A DNA stretch of 64,000 nucleotides from Utricularia gibba. Its lineage: Eukaryota; Plantae; Magnoliophyta. The stretch covers positions 3,162,001 through 3,226,000 of the forward strand of contig NEEC01000008.1 in the NCBI GenBank assembly GCA_002189035.1, written 5' to 3'. Positions 14,091-26,735 of the stretch are shown here, piece after piece. A program made the translations under genes and the position numbers. Each line of letters opens with the position of its first letter. Position 1 is the first letter of the stretch. Under the pieces are notes generated by a model, which saw only the letters and a list, made by a program, of their open reading frames with translations, searched no databases and was not told the DNA's origin.

Positions 14091-17000
14091 TCACTTGTGG
14101 AAGATGGAGAAATCGACTTCTTGGCAGCGCACCAAACCTGCAGCTCCGCCGTAACAGAGCCACTTCTCGCTACGTTTGTTCGGACTCCATCTCAGACTAC
14201 GCAGGAATAAGCTCGCTGGAGGGAAAACTAAGGCTTCCCTTGATTTGTCTTCTTCTTCTGCAAGTGGTTTCTCTGCAGAAGGACAATAGCAGCAATAATT
14301 ATCACTATGGATTTGCACCTATAGGGAGATGCAGCAGCAGAAAGCAAGTGTACACTACCTGAAGTACCCTTTTTCTTTCTTGTCTCTGGAAAGGGAGCAG
14401 ACCGTTTCATGCTTGGGAATCTCGCGGTGGATTTAGGACTAGAAGGAGTAGATACAACAAGGGTGGATTCCTCTTCAGACAGCGAGCCGCAAAGAAGGTG
14501 CTGTACACGATTCCGGGATGGATCTTTGATGTATCGACTTGTTGGGTGGAAGCAGTTCGTGGTTCCTTCCTCACCACAATATGCAACCGCACCTGAAAGG
14601 AAGCTAGGATAAGTAGGAAACCACAGACAAGTGCTTGGTTTTGGTTACGGGTGAGGGGTCGTGCCCGAACCTGTCAAACGTGAAGCTTGGATGCTCCATA
14701 TCGCAAACGACGAACACTCGAAACTGTGTAGCCCTTGCTTGGATGACCTGTTTTGTAAATCGAGTAGCCATAGTGCTCCATCATCCCCAGAACCAAAGAT
14801 GCATCTATACACAGCACATAGATGATGTAAACTAAAAGAGAGAAACTGTATATATCATTGATCAAGCGAACATGGTACCTTAGTTCTGGGAGCCAATCCA
14901 AACCGTATGTGATTCCATGAAGAGTATGGTCCCACAACGGACGGAATGGATCACTGGGCACATGGATTAATTAGTGTAGCACAAACATGTATAAAAATGG
15001 CATTTCCCTAATTTGAAGCATAATTTGCGTCCAGGGGCATAAAAGAAAATAAACTAGTGAATTTCCTGAATGGAATAAACTTATGCATCTATCAACACTC
15101 CTCATATGGCATTGACATACCGTATGTCCCAAAACTTGAAACCTCGAGGACCGGCTGTGGCAACAATATTTGCACTTTCAGGATCACTGCATAGTTCAAA
15201 AAACAAAAGGAGATTTTATGCACATCTTGCTCATTAATTATGGCAATGCACAAGGTGCTTGCAAGAGGGTATGTGGTTCTAGAGGGAGTGACAGATGAAA
15301 CTAAATATGATTTCATAAAAAAAAATTACAGATGAGACTAAGGTTTTCAGTTTGCATACCCTCGAACTGGTGTCCAGGCTAGTGTTCTAATAGGACCAGT
15401 GTCCGCCATAAAGGATAGCAAAGGCGTCGTTTCTGAAGTAAAGCAACACAGTTGGAAAACTCAGTTTAGATGGGACTTTCGAATATGCAGAAAGGGTTCT
15501 AATCAAAGTATAAACTAGTGAAAGCATAATAACAAGAGCGATAGAAGTGCACGAGACCTTCTGATGGATCAGTAATGCAAAACTTCCATAATGCAATCTG
15601 CAGTGTGAGAAGTAGTTAAGGCATTAACAGCAAACCCACAGTAGAGAATAAAATATGCCCGAAACTTGAGCAGAGAAAACACCTCCATTGACAAGTAAAA
15701 AAAAATAATGAGAAGAAAAATGGGAGACAAATTAAATGTTACCAAGCCATCATGACATCCAGCCAAAAGCATATCATACGGAGGCAAAGTGGACCACTCC
15801 AGTGTTAGAGGAATGCTGAAAGAATAGTGGAAGAAAATTAGGAAATACGAACAAGTAATTAGCCATCTTCATACGCATCAGAACGACTTCTTGAGAGAGC
15901 ATAAGCTTAAAATGGTGTGTTATTGCTTAATAACCTTTGCCTATTGCCACACTTCAGAACTGAACATCTGAACACAGGCTGCAGTTTGATGAATCGAGGA
16001 TCAGTACTCTCCTGATTAGCAGGATAAAAGAGTTTAAGTGCACGAGGATGCGGCACCTCCCACCTGCGAGAACAAAAATAACACTCTCTATTGAAAAACC
16101 AGAGTAGGAAAGAAAATCCCAATTGGGAACCAAAGACACAAGGTTCTTACACTTCTAGCGCACCATTTCCTAGCAAAACTGCGAGAAACCCCAATACTTT
16201 GGTAGATACAGGATTTCCTTCACTGACAGGTCGCCATTTAAGATCCCATGCAACCATTCCATCGTGTGCTAAGCACAACATCATTCTGGGTACCGCAATG
16301 TTTGAGGCAGTAGAGTCCTCCAGTGTAATGGCACTACTATGGATCTTACAAGTTGTGCCATGGGATTGTGTCATGCAATCACATATAGGGAAACAGGGTA
16401 GCGGATCCTCAAGGGGATCATTTTGTTCACAGTCAACAAGAACACACGAAGAGTTATGGGCAGCGAGATGCTTTTTCCATGGCTTTAATTTCTTCCTGCC
16501 ATCAGGAGCAGCAGACCTTGATGCACATGTTCTCTCAACATGAACAGGATCTTTGCGCATATTTACATCGTCATAATTTTGAACATGTTCACCAGCCATA
16601 CCCAGAAAACTTGATGTAGGTATGCCTGCACTGTATTCGATGCCGAGAGATTCAGTGAGTTGCCTATCAGCATTGATCGTATCAACAGTAGATGAGACTG
16701 CAGGGCATTCTATGGTGAGAATGTCAGGGGTTTTGCTATCAGCATCAATCTCATTACGAGGGCATTTCCTTGGTCTTCCCCGTGGCTTCGGTGCAGGCTT
16801 AGGACTGTCAGCATCAATCTCATTACGAGGGTATTTTCTTGGTCTTCCCCTTGGCTTTGATACTTTTATTTCGCTTGGCTGGCTTGCAGTTTTTTTCTTT
16901 GTCGACTTTTTATACGTATCTGAAGGCAAATCTTCTTTAAGACAGAGAGACAAAAAACACCATATCTGGATGGCACCTCTGCCAGTTAAAGGAGCACCAA

Positions 17001-17858
17001 GCTTGTGATATGAAGAGTTAGGAGGATGAGCAGCAATAGCAACAAACTACAAAAGAAATTTTCAAAAACAATTCTAGGTGTCATAAAAAACACCAAGAAT
17101 TGACCGCAGGCAAAAAAAAGGAAATCCGTCAAATAGGATCTTAAAAGAAAACATGACATGCAAAGATAGAATTTCAATGCTCATAAAAGCACCTCAGCAT
17201 TGACAGGACAATCCGCATCCTGATTGACCTTAGGGCACCAGTCTAATCCCCATACTGAACCACCAACATTCATCACAAAGTCTTGACTGCAATAAAAAAG
17301 CAACCTGTCATGAAAATATCGAGTGAAAGAAGAAGGATCGCATACATTATTCAAGAGTTTAATCTACCTGAATCCTTCGAATATCTTGTTTCCAGTTTGC
17401 TTCTCTTTCTGAGATATCTACAACAATATACCTTAAATTGTAACTTCAGAGCGCTCGCCCTTCTAATGAAAGATCGTACCTTGGAAACAGACGCAGAAGA
17501 AAACTGAGCCAAGGTAATCTCCCCACCTACATCCTGCTTTACTGAATCGTTCAAAAGAGAAAACTTTACAGCACGTGGTTCGTACGCAAAATCTTGCCAT
17601 TCTCTGCAAACACTACCTGGTAAACAAAAAATACAGGGAACACAAAACAAACTACACTGCAAAAAATAAACTATGTTACCTGACGTAGTCGACTGAATTA
17701 GACAGTCTTTCAATTTCTGCTTCATCAGCATCGATAATCGCAGACTCTCCGCACAGTACATCTATGCCATCGACTACTTTGAAGTGATTCTCCACAGAAT
17801 TGTCGAAGTTGGAAACAATGATTCGAGGTTGATCCTCCACATCAGCCTGGCTACTCAT
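14091..17858 (-). CDS. WD40/AT-hook protein, At1g19485-like (putative TFIIIC beta/GTF3C2-Tfc6 homolog), about 12 exons
   Basis: Spliced motifs DFVMNVGGSVW, KPRGRPRK x2, LCLAHDGMVAWDLKWRP, LAVLLGNGALEVWEVP, LLAGCHDG, KFWDIRDPFRPLWD, WLCYGGAAGLVRCQE. Exon phases are consistent. The TFIIIC assignment is by recalled similarity. Confidence 0.82.
16739..16858 (-). repeat. 69-bp-period tandem duplication encoding two AT-hooks
   Basis: TCAGCATCAATCTCATTACGAGGG(C/T)ATTT(C/T)CTTGGTCTTCCCC occurs at 16739 and 16808. Confidence 0.9.
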
Positions 17859-20800
17859 TCAAAAAGTCCAAAATTTTAACTAGCTGTCAAATTAACGCCT
17901 CCTCGTCAGAATTCTCCGGCGAAGACGGAGGCAGGCAGCGCCACGGCGGAAGCAGAAGCAAAAAATGCCGGAGAAGAACAACGTAATGCCCAACTCCCCA
18001 ATCTCAAAACGAATGGGTCGATTTTCAGAGCCGAAACAACACGAGAAGACGCATTCGAATAAAAGCCCAGTAACAGCTTATTGAAATCCCCCCAGGCCCA
18101 ACTAATAAAAATCTATTTCGGAATAGTAGAATCGGGTCGGTTTTCGAACCGAAACCAACCGAATAATTTAATTTATTTTTAATACTTCATTCGAAAAATC
18201 AAATTAATTAAACTTATAGTTTATTTTAATATTTTCAAAATAAGAATTTTCGGAAAAAATCCATGATATTTACTGGATGATTTCCAAATTTGATCATACT
18301 GTCATATGTATGTGATAAAATTTATCATTCTTAATATTAATTTTATATTAATATTTAATATAAAATATGAAAATAATTAAATTGGATATTTATTAGAAAA
18401 GGAAAGTACAAAGTCACTTAAATAGTATTTATTGCCTGATAATTATGAATGTTTTAAATAGTTACTCGATTTTTTGTAGATGGCGCAGTAAAAAGGAGGC
18501 GGTAATTAAAGGAAAAGCGGTCAATGGGTACAGCTAATCATGTAATTCTGAAATTCCAAGCCACGTAAAATCATTACCCTCTGTAAAAAAAATAATAAAA
18601 ATAATAAATAAACAATTCACGTCAACCCGCTGTCGGCTTCCTTTGTTTAATCCAAAAAATCCTGATTAAATACTTTATATATTCCAGCATTTTTTAATAA
18701 TAAATTTGTAATAATAGCTTTTATTAAATTTAAATACGATAATATGCAGAAAAAAATTACCCTAGAGTTGATTTTCATGGGGGAGTGAGCTGAGCTGAGC
18801 GTCACGTGGTAGCAATTGCAGCCGTCACCCATCATTAGGGCTGCAGGGATTTGCAATTATTTTAAAAAAATTAATTAAAATATTTTCTCTCTGTAGCCTC
18901 CAGCGAAAAGAAGCGAAGAAGCACCAGCAGCCATGCCGACCTATGCATATAAATTTTATTTTTATTAAAAAAATATCGGTTATATAGTAAAAAAAACTGT
19001 AAGAAAATGATGCGTTGGAATGATGAAGTTCTCGTTGGAACAAAGCAGGTGGAGTGATGCGGACAAAAATGGCATGTTGGGGCATCTCATTTGCATCATT
19101 TTTATTACATACTTTGAACTACATTCTTATACTTCGGATACATTATAACGTACAGAGGGGCGAAAGAACTTGACCCAAGAAAGTATGTAATGAACCTTAG
19201 TGAATCTTAAATCATTTTAAGGACGAGGTAAATGTACATTTTATATAAATGGATCTTATCTAATTTTACATGAAGTTTTTTTTTCTCAAAATGAAAAACG
19301 TAAAATTGTAATAATTAAATGTTTATAAAGAATAATATCATAAAAAGATAATAAATCGATATATTTATAGTAACTATATTATTTGTGGAATAACTAAGAT
19401 TCCAAATTTAATTACAATGATACTAGTGTTTTAAAAATGGGTTTAACATATTTTTCATCAATTTGGATTGCATAGAATTAAATTTTGATTTGAAGCCATG
19501 AGTATCACCATAGTTTTTGTGACAATGAATGATGAAAACATTAGGAGGCATGAAACCAGACACAAAACAAAAACTCCATGGGGGGTGAAGATGATGACCA
19601 TGGGCATACCATTTAATGTACATTGCATGCAACTTCAAATCCATGATGATTAATTATTATAGTTTTTTTTTTTCTTTGTTTGTTTGAATTGGACCACGCC
19701 AGTATGATGATTATTACTATGGTTGCAGTAGGGCTAGCAGTTGTAATGGCAACTCAGATTATGATGAGATGAATGAATGAATGCTCCATGCTCATTGCCC
19801 TTTCCCATATTCCCTTTTGCCTTGGAATAATTTGATCATTTTTATTTTCTTTTTTATACGTTAAGTCAAAAAAATTAATATTCAAGATTGAGATTATGAG
19901 GGTATTGGGAGTCTAATGGTTTGAGGATTTGAGGCATAAAACTGTGATTAGTAGAGTGATTATTTGCAATTTAATATGTCATTACTGCCCGTTGGATAAT
20001 CTTAATTAATACCAGCTGGCAGAAGGAGTCCCCAATGTCCAAATCCGTCATTTCCTCTTGGCGAGCTAGGCTGCCCTGTCCTGCCCCTGCACCGGTAATC
20101 ATAGTACTAACTAACTAATCGCCGTAACAAAAAAAAAAAAGAAAAAAACATTTAAAAATTGTAACATTTTCCGTAACGGTCTGCCCACCGTATTTTATTT
20201 TAAATTATTTAGGGGAATTAGGAATATTTGAATAAATTTGGTCATTTTTTTATTAATATATATTAAAATAATTAGGAGAATGTACGGACGCCACGTAGTT
20301 CGTGAGTAAAATAAATAGATCCTCATGAAACAAAACAAAAGAGAATCGATGGTATGATGGGGCCGACTTCTCCATTGGTTCGGACCAATCCAAATCATCA
20401 TTACGAATCTTAGGCCCTAAAGGGGGGGGCCCGAGCCTACATGGCGGGATGGAGTACCGGAAATGCCCCCGGTCCATGACGCTGGAATTACGAAAAGGCC
20501 CTCCGCGCGCCAGCCCATCATTCACATGACGCTATCCCCTAAAAAGAAGGCTCCTTCATCATCATCACCTCCCAGAGTAAAAATGGAACCCCTACATTTA
20601 TTATTAAAAGCCTTCTTTCTTCCCTTCCATGCATGATTATTGCCAGTCTCCCTTTTTCTTTTTTGTTACACCTTATGAATGGATTCATTCATTCCTTCCT
20701 TCTTGTCCATCCCTCTCTCTCTCTTGAGCTCGCTCTGTGTGCATACATGTGCGTGTTTCCTCTGCTTTGCTGCACTATAAATACCCCCCCATTGGTGCAA

Positions 20801-20935
20801 TTCTCCATTACCCATTCCGCCTTCCAAGCTGCCGTCCCTGCTCTGTGTCGTGGTAAGGCTTTTGTGATTTGCTGCTTTGATTGGAATGGGGGTGTGAAGG
20901 AATGAATGAATGAATGTATGGCAGGGGGAGAAGGA

Positions 20936-21157
20936 ATGGAGAAGTTGAACTCGAAGCTGTACTTGGAGAACTGCTACATCATCCAAGAGAACGAGAGGCT
21001 GAGGAAGAAGGCCCAGATCCTGAACCAGGAGAATCAGGCGCTGCTCAATGAGCTGAAGCAGCGTCTCGCCGCCGCCGCGGCCGTCGCTGGAAACAAGATT
21101 CCTGATCTCAATCTCTCCGGCTCCTCCGCCGCGGTGGCGCCGAAGAAGGCGGCGTGA
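20936..21157 (+). CDS. ZPR: LITTLE ZIPPER (ZPR3/ZPR4-like) leucine-zipper microprotein
   Basis: MEKLNSKLYLENCYIIQENERLRKKAQILNQENQALLNELKQRL. TATA box at about 20776; probable 5'UTR intron 20853-20924. Confidence 0.93.
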   Translation: MEKLNSKLYLENCYIIQENERLRKKAQILNQENQALLNELKQRLAAAAAVAGNKIPDLNLSGSSAAVAPKKAA

Positions 21158-22403
21158 GCTGCGGTGGCAGTGTCATTGCTTAGTTAGTTATCCATCTGTT
21201 ACATATGGAAGAGGTTGTTGTGTTTTGTCACTTGGAATATAAATCAGATTAATGACAAGGAAGAAATGTCGGAAATGTTAATTTCCATGTATTATAGTAA
21301 CATTTTCGAGCAAAATGAAATAATAAACAATTATTAAAAAAATAAAATTACATCAAATGGATAATTTAGAAAATAAATAGATATTTTTAATGGGAATTTC
21401 CCATTTGGGGTAGGTGGCCGGGAAATCTTACTTGGATCCGTAACGCTTGTTTGCTCCAATATCCGAATAAAACTATTTAATAAAAAGGGTAAAATTGGAA
21501 GCCATTTAAAAAATCAAATTCCTTTTTATATTAAAATACTTTAAATAAAAGATATCCTGCACATTTTGTTTTTAAAATTAGTTTTTTTTATTTATTATAA
21601 ACACATTATATTTTTTATTTTAAAAAGGTGAATTGAATTGAATATAAAATATTAAATATTTATCAAAAGTAGATAGATAATTTATAAAACAAGATGATAT
21701 AATTTAATATTATTCTTTTCCCCAAAGGAAAATAAAGTATTCTTAATGCGACATTATGATCCAAAATTCAAAGTGCATGAACAAGCAAACGAGATCTATA
21801 AATGTTTCGCGTGCATTCAGTCAATCAAAGCATGGCAAAGAGAATGTCTCACGTCTAAGTGACAAAAAAGTGAAAGTTACTGCTAAAAAGTCAAGTGTCC
21901 AAAACATTTAATATCTAAAAAAACATGTATCCAGAGATGATGTGCATGAGGGAACAAGTAGCTGAAGAAGTCAACCACCAAAAAAGGATCATGAAGAAAC
22001 TCCAACTCAATGTAATGTGGAAATGAATACATTAAAATCACTTGTTTTGTGTACATGAATGATTACACGAACCGCCTTAGCGGTTTCCCAGCTCAATCCT
22101 GGACAAAAAGCTTTGATTCATATATTTATGGAAGAAAAGCAAGTAGCTTATCGAGTCAGAGTAGCATGAATGAATAGATCTACCTCAGGTTACAGCCAAA
22201 GAAACAAGGGCCTGCTAAGGTTACACTTTTATGCATTATCCTATTCATGTTTCACCAGATTTTCGGGCCGTCAATTCAGAATCCTTGCCTGCAACTTTTT
22301 TCGCTTTAGATCTTGGAAACGAGAATAGGTAATGATAACAGTTAGTGGCATCAACTGGAAACAATGTTACCAGTGACTCCCAATGCTGTTTGTCTTCAAT
22401 ACT

Positions 22404-24617
22404 TTAGCTCCACCTGCAGTACTTATGCCAGCAGCTGCAAGAATATGTTTGATCGTTGTATAACTCTGGCCTCGACAATGGAAATAACATCCAGATAAAG
22501 CCCAGAAACCCCAATACAAATGCTGCGGTTACAATTCCTGAGAAGCAGTGAGCAATAATGTTAACTTATGCTGTGCCAACTTCTGAAATGCACCTAGAAT
22601 GGAAGTCCTGAAATGTCTAAGTACATCATGAAAGGCCAGGAAGAATTTGACTGTAATAGGCGTGGGTGACAACAAGAGTTTAGTAGATTTGCAGGCGGTG
22701 TCCACCTCATTTTAAATTGAATATTGTTTTTCTGGGGACTTATGAACCAAAATTGTTGTTCACACTCAAAATCATTAGTTTTAAAAGTTCTATCAATCCC
22801 TATGGACTAAATGTCCTCTAACACTTCGTCACACCCCTATGGATGCAGTGTACTGAGCTGTTTTGAATATTAATATTTCAACTGTGTTTCCTCTAAAGGA
22901 ACCACAGGTGAAAACAAATCATGGTTTTTTTTTTTTTTGTTGGTGCAAAATAACTTAAGCGAGTTGAAAGCCAGAGAAGACATAATTGTTTACAATAGTA
23001 ATCGCACGAATAAACCAAAGGCAAGAGATGCTTCAGAAACCATGAAGTTGAGAAGCGAAAGAATACTGATTGCAATGGGGAAGTATAAAAAACAGAATCA
23101 CCATAATATAAGAAATATTACCAGATCTACGAGACAGTACAACCGGCAAGCCCATAAAGTTGCAAAATATATGGGCTACAAGTGGCGCAGTGAGATGCCC
23201 TGTATCAGAGGACCCTTAGTGTAAGTAGCTAAATGATTCAGGTGAAGGTGTTTTATAAATGACTTCATCAGGGAGGGGTTGTTTGCCTGTACGAATAAAA
23301 AGGAATGAAGCATAGGCCCCAAAAATAACAGTGTATCCCAGCTGAAAACCTGAAGAGAAAATGAAATACTAATTTCGTACAGGTTCGCATATCACAGGAA
23401 ACATCCAAATAAAGAATAAAAACTTAAACGCTACTAGTTGAATGTGATTCCATGCAAAACACAATTCATTCACGGAATATGAAAGATCAAAATTTGGAGA
23501 AAGAAATATATACCTACACTTAGACAAGCTTTGGGTAAGCTGTGGTTCTTTTGGACATAGAACTCATATAAATGATTCAAGTGAGCTGCGACAAAAAATT
23601 AAATGTAAGTAAAGGAATTGAACCATCAAGAACACGCCAGATACTTACCTAAACTGAAAAACAAGGGGCACAAAAATACAACAGTATAGGTATCGAACCC
23701 TGCACAGAGTAGCAAAGGAATCATGCAAGCTCTGAATACCAACTCTTCTGTAAGTGGAGCCTGTTTTTAGCGAAACAAAAAGTAAATATCGTTGGAACAA
23801 CATGAACCTTTAGAGATTACACAAGTCTGCTTCAAAAAAGCATTGGAGAAAAGAAAGGCAAATTGATACAAAATAATCTTGCATATTAGGCAGCAACTGC
23901 CTAAGACAAAACTTTAACAGGATCACTCACCACAACATAGTTACGCCAAGATGAGATATTGGAAGTTAGTGAAACAATCCCTTCACCTATGCATGAAAAA
24001 AACCCAGATATACATGCATTCAACGAACTGCCCGGGCACCAAAACTCTCATTTTTAGCTTGGAGAACTGAAAGCAGCTTAGCAGCAAAGGAACCATAGTA
24101 CATGAAGGAAGTCAGGACAAGTGGAACGATCACAGCTTGAGACTGCTAATACAGAAAATTGGATTTACCAATCAGTCACCCTCAATCTGATATCCATAAA
24201 GCATACAAACAATCACAAAACGTACAAATAGGAAACCAAACATTCGACATGAGGAGAGTGCTCACACTATGATCGAATCTGATGCCATAAACTCCGAGGA
24301 AATGTAGAGCATTCCAACTTCTTATCTAAAAAAAATGACAAAAAAAAATCAAAACATATATTCAACCAATTGCTCCCTATCCACCAATAAAGAATAAATT
24401 TGCTTACGGGAAGGATGAACGCGCAGAGTATAACAGAGACGAGGGATGACACGCCGACGCATAAAAAGCGCCGAATCATAAACGACTTGAACGAATTGGG
24501 AGGCGGTAATCGAAGCACCAGTGAAGGAAAATACATGATTCCAACGTACAAAACTGCTAGAGCTGAGCAGGAACCTACCGCCGCCGCCTTTGTTATCTCG
24601 CCGCCGTTGAGTTCCAT
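22404..24617 (-). CDS. FACE2: CAAX prenyl protease 2 (RCE1/FACE2), about 7-8 exons
   Basis: N-terminus FMIRRFLC; [56 protein letters not shown]; ends [21 protein letters not shown]. Confidence 0.93.
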
Positions 24618-24689
24618 GGTCGTCGGTAACTGAAAGCCGCCTTTAACGTCAACAAAAGTCTTTCCACTTGCGTTCTCGACCCTCTCATG

Positions 24690-24830
24690 TGGGCCCACTA
24701 CAAAAAGCAAACCCAAATACGCCCCATCCTTCTAGCCCACTTATTCAAGGCCCAAACACTGTGGGCTTAACAATTTTATAATGTCAGTCCAAATGGGTTG
24801 ATTTGGGCCTCTTACCATTGTTGGGCCTTC
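24690..24830. promoter_or_regulatory. Site II (TGGGCY) cluster upstream of FACE2
   Basis: At least five TGGGC(C/T)/GGCCCA motifs within about 140 bp. Confidence 0.6.
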
Positions 24831-25231
24831 GTAATGGGAGTTTGATAGCGTCGGTCAACTTTGGTCAAAATCATTGAACTAGTCAAGTTTCGTCTCTCTC
24901 ATGCAGGAAGGGTTCTTTTTGATGGTTTTCTAACACTGTTCCTGAGTTGCACTGTTGAACTACAGCTTCGGGTTGCCTGTTTTCTTACAATCGTTTTGCT
25001 TTGTGTCATCTGTCGTTAGTTTTTGTATATGGGCATGAAAACAATGGCATCTGCACAGTAACCATAAATGGTTAGGCAATCGAAAACGATAAAGCTCTTA
25101 CTTTTCTTTCAAGCTGCAGCACAGACACAGTCACACAGAGGAGCCCCATGACTGTACGGACAAGGTACAAGGGAAAAAAAAGGCACCAAGATTCCTTAAG
25201 GATTGCCCTTCTTTAGTCACACTCATAACCA

Positions 25232-26081
25232 CTACATGACACGTCCATTTTCCATGCTTTCTGGGAAGAAACACAGAGTTTTCGGCACCGTCCTCCTCGG
25301 AGCCGCCTCCCGGAGTCTTCTCCCGGCGGTCTCCCGCTGGCAGTTGAAGAAGACGGCCGCCACCGGGAGACCCAGGTCGTTGTCGGCGGCGAAGCGGCGC
25401 GTGCAGAACCCGTCCCTAGAAACCGGTATGCTTTTCACCGACTGCCGGGCCCTCTGCCTGAACAAAATGAATACGAACCGGTGTATCCCTATCGCCGGCT
25501 TAGGCTTCTCGTAGCCCACCATCGTCTTCCCTGCAAAACTAGTTCTAATTTTACACCTGAAAAGCGCAAATTCACACCATGTCATGTGACTCACCAAATG
25601 TAGCATTTGTTGTCCCTGGAATGTCGGTCACTAACCTGAAACGCCATTAGCATTCAGTAGGAAAGAAACAAAACAAAAAAAAAACAAACATATGAGAAGT
25701 TAGGGTTTCTTTCTCAAGCATCACACCAATGGAGTTTCTCCCTGAGATAAGGGTCACTTGGGCCAGGAACATCTGGATCTAACATGACCTAACATCACAG
25801 TACAAAGAAAAACAAACCCAAATTCAAACATGAAAAACCAAGAAGAATAAAAGATAAAAAAAAAAAAAATTCTATGTCATATGAGTTACTAAGGTGTAGA
25901 AGGTTCTCATGTCGCCGGCGTCGATCTCCACACGGGGGCGATGCCCAACTTCGGCAGGACGGAACTCCGAGCAGTTGACAACGTGCCTGTTGGAGTAGGA
26001 AATGTAGATTTTGCAAGTGGGGGTGAAGGAGTCCAGAACATCTCCCACAACCCTGCTGATCACAAGAGAGTCATAAGACAT
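25232..26081 (-). CDS. TFL1: PEBP family, TFL1/CEN-type floral repressor homolog (divergent), 4 exons
   Basis: Exons 26081-25890, 25788-25727 (62 nt), a 41-nt exon 3, and exon 4: the canonical PEBP layout. Motifs [41 protein letters not shown], segment-B Asp (SRDGF), [21 protein letters not shown] box at about 26158-26166. Confidence 0.9.
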
Positions 26082-26540
26082 TTCTGCAAACAGGTGACGC
26101 AACAGAGAAGGAGGTGCAGGAAGTGATTGGGCAGAAAACTCGTGGATGGGGGGCAGCTTTATATAGACTGGATGAAGAAGGCAATCGTGTATTAATCCAT
26201 TTAACACAGGGATCATCTTTACATACGCAATTAGAGTGATAAGATCTCCTACTTTTGCACTTAACCTCATTGCGGTTCTAAGTTTTGCCCTTCGCTCCAG
26301 TTTTCTGCTTTCAATTTATAATCGTAATTTTGCAAGTATATAGAAATAACCAAAGCAATGAAATAAATTGTTTTTAGAAAACAACAAAAATTGATTATTC
26401 TATACTTTTAAAAAATAAGAAAATTTGAAGACTTGCAACATGAAAACATAGCGAAAGTTATGTGTTGGGATGTCCTCCAACAGTCAAAATAAAATGAGAC
26501 ACAATAGAAATCTAAAAATACAATCATTTTTCTAAAATAA

Positions 26541-26735
26541 AAATCTAAACCCTAAACCTAAAGTCTAAACCCTAAATAAGTTGCAAAACTCTTAGTAATG
26601 AATATGTCACATGAGGTTCATGCATTATCACATTAGCATCACTGCTTCTACGATTGTATTTAAGTGGATACTAGGAAAAACTGAAAAAAAAAGAGATACG
26701 AAGCACTACTATTTATGTTACCTAAACCCTAAATC
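26541..26735. repeat. Degenerate telomere-like (CCCTAAA/TTTAGGG) motifs
   Basis: AAATCTAAACCCTAAACCTAAAGTCTAAACCCTAAA at 26541-26576 and CCTAAACCCTAAATC at about 26721. Confidence 0.7.

Noticed and set aside
18825-19085. 86-aa minus-strand ORF upstream of ZPR
   Set aside because: It crosses poly-A/T low-complexity tracts and has no coding signature.
26541-26576. CTAAACCCT as a possible telomerase RNA template
   Set aside because: No upstream USE/TATA type-3 Pol III promoter or other conserved TR elements; AT-rich context.
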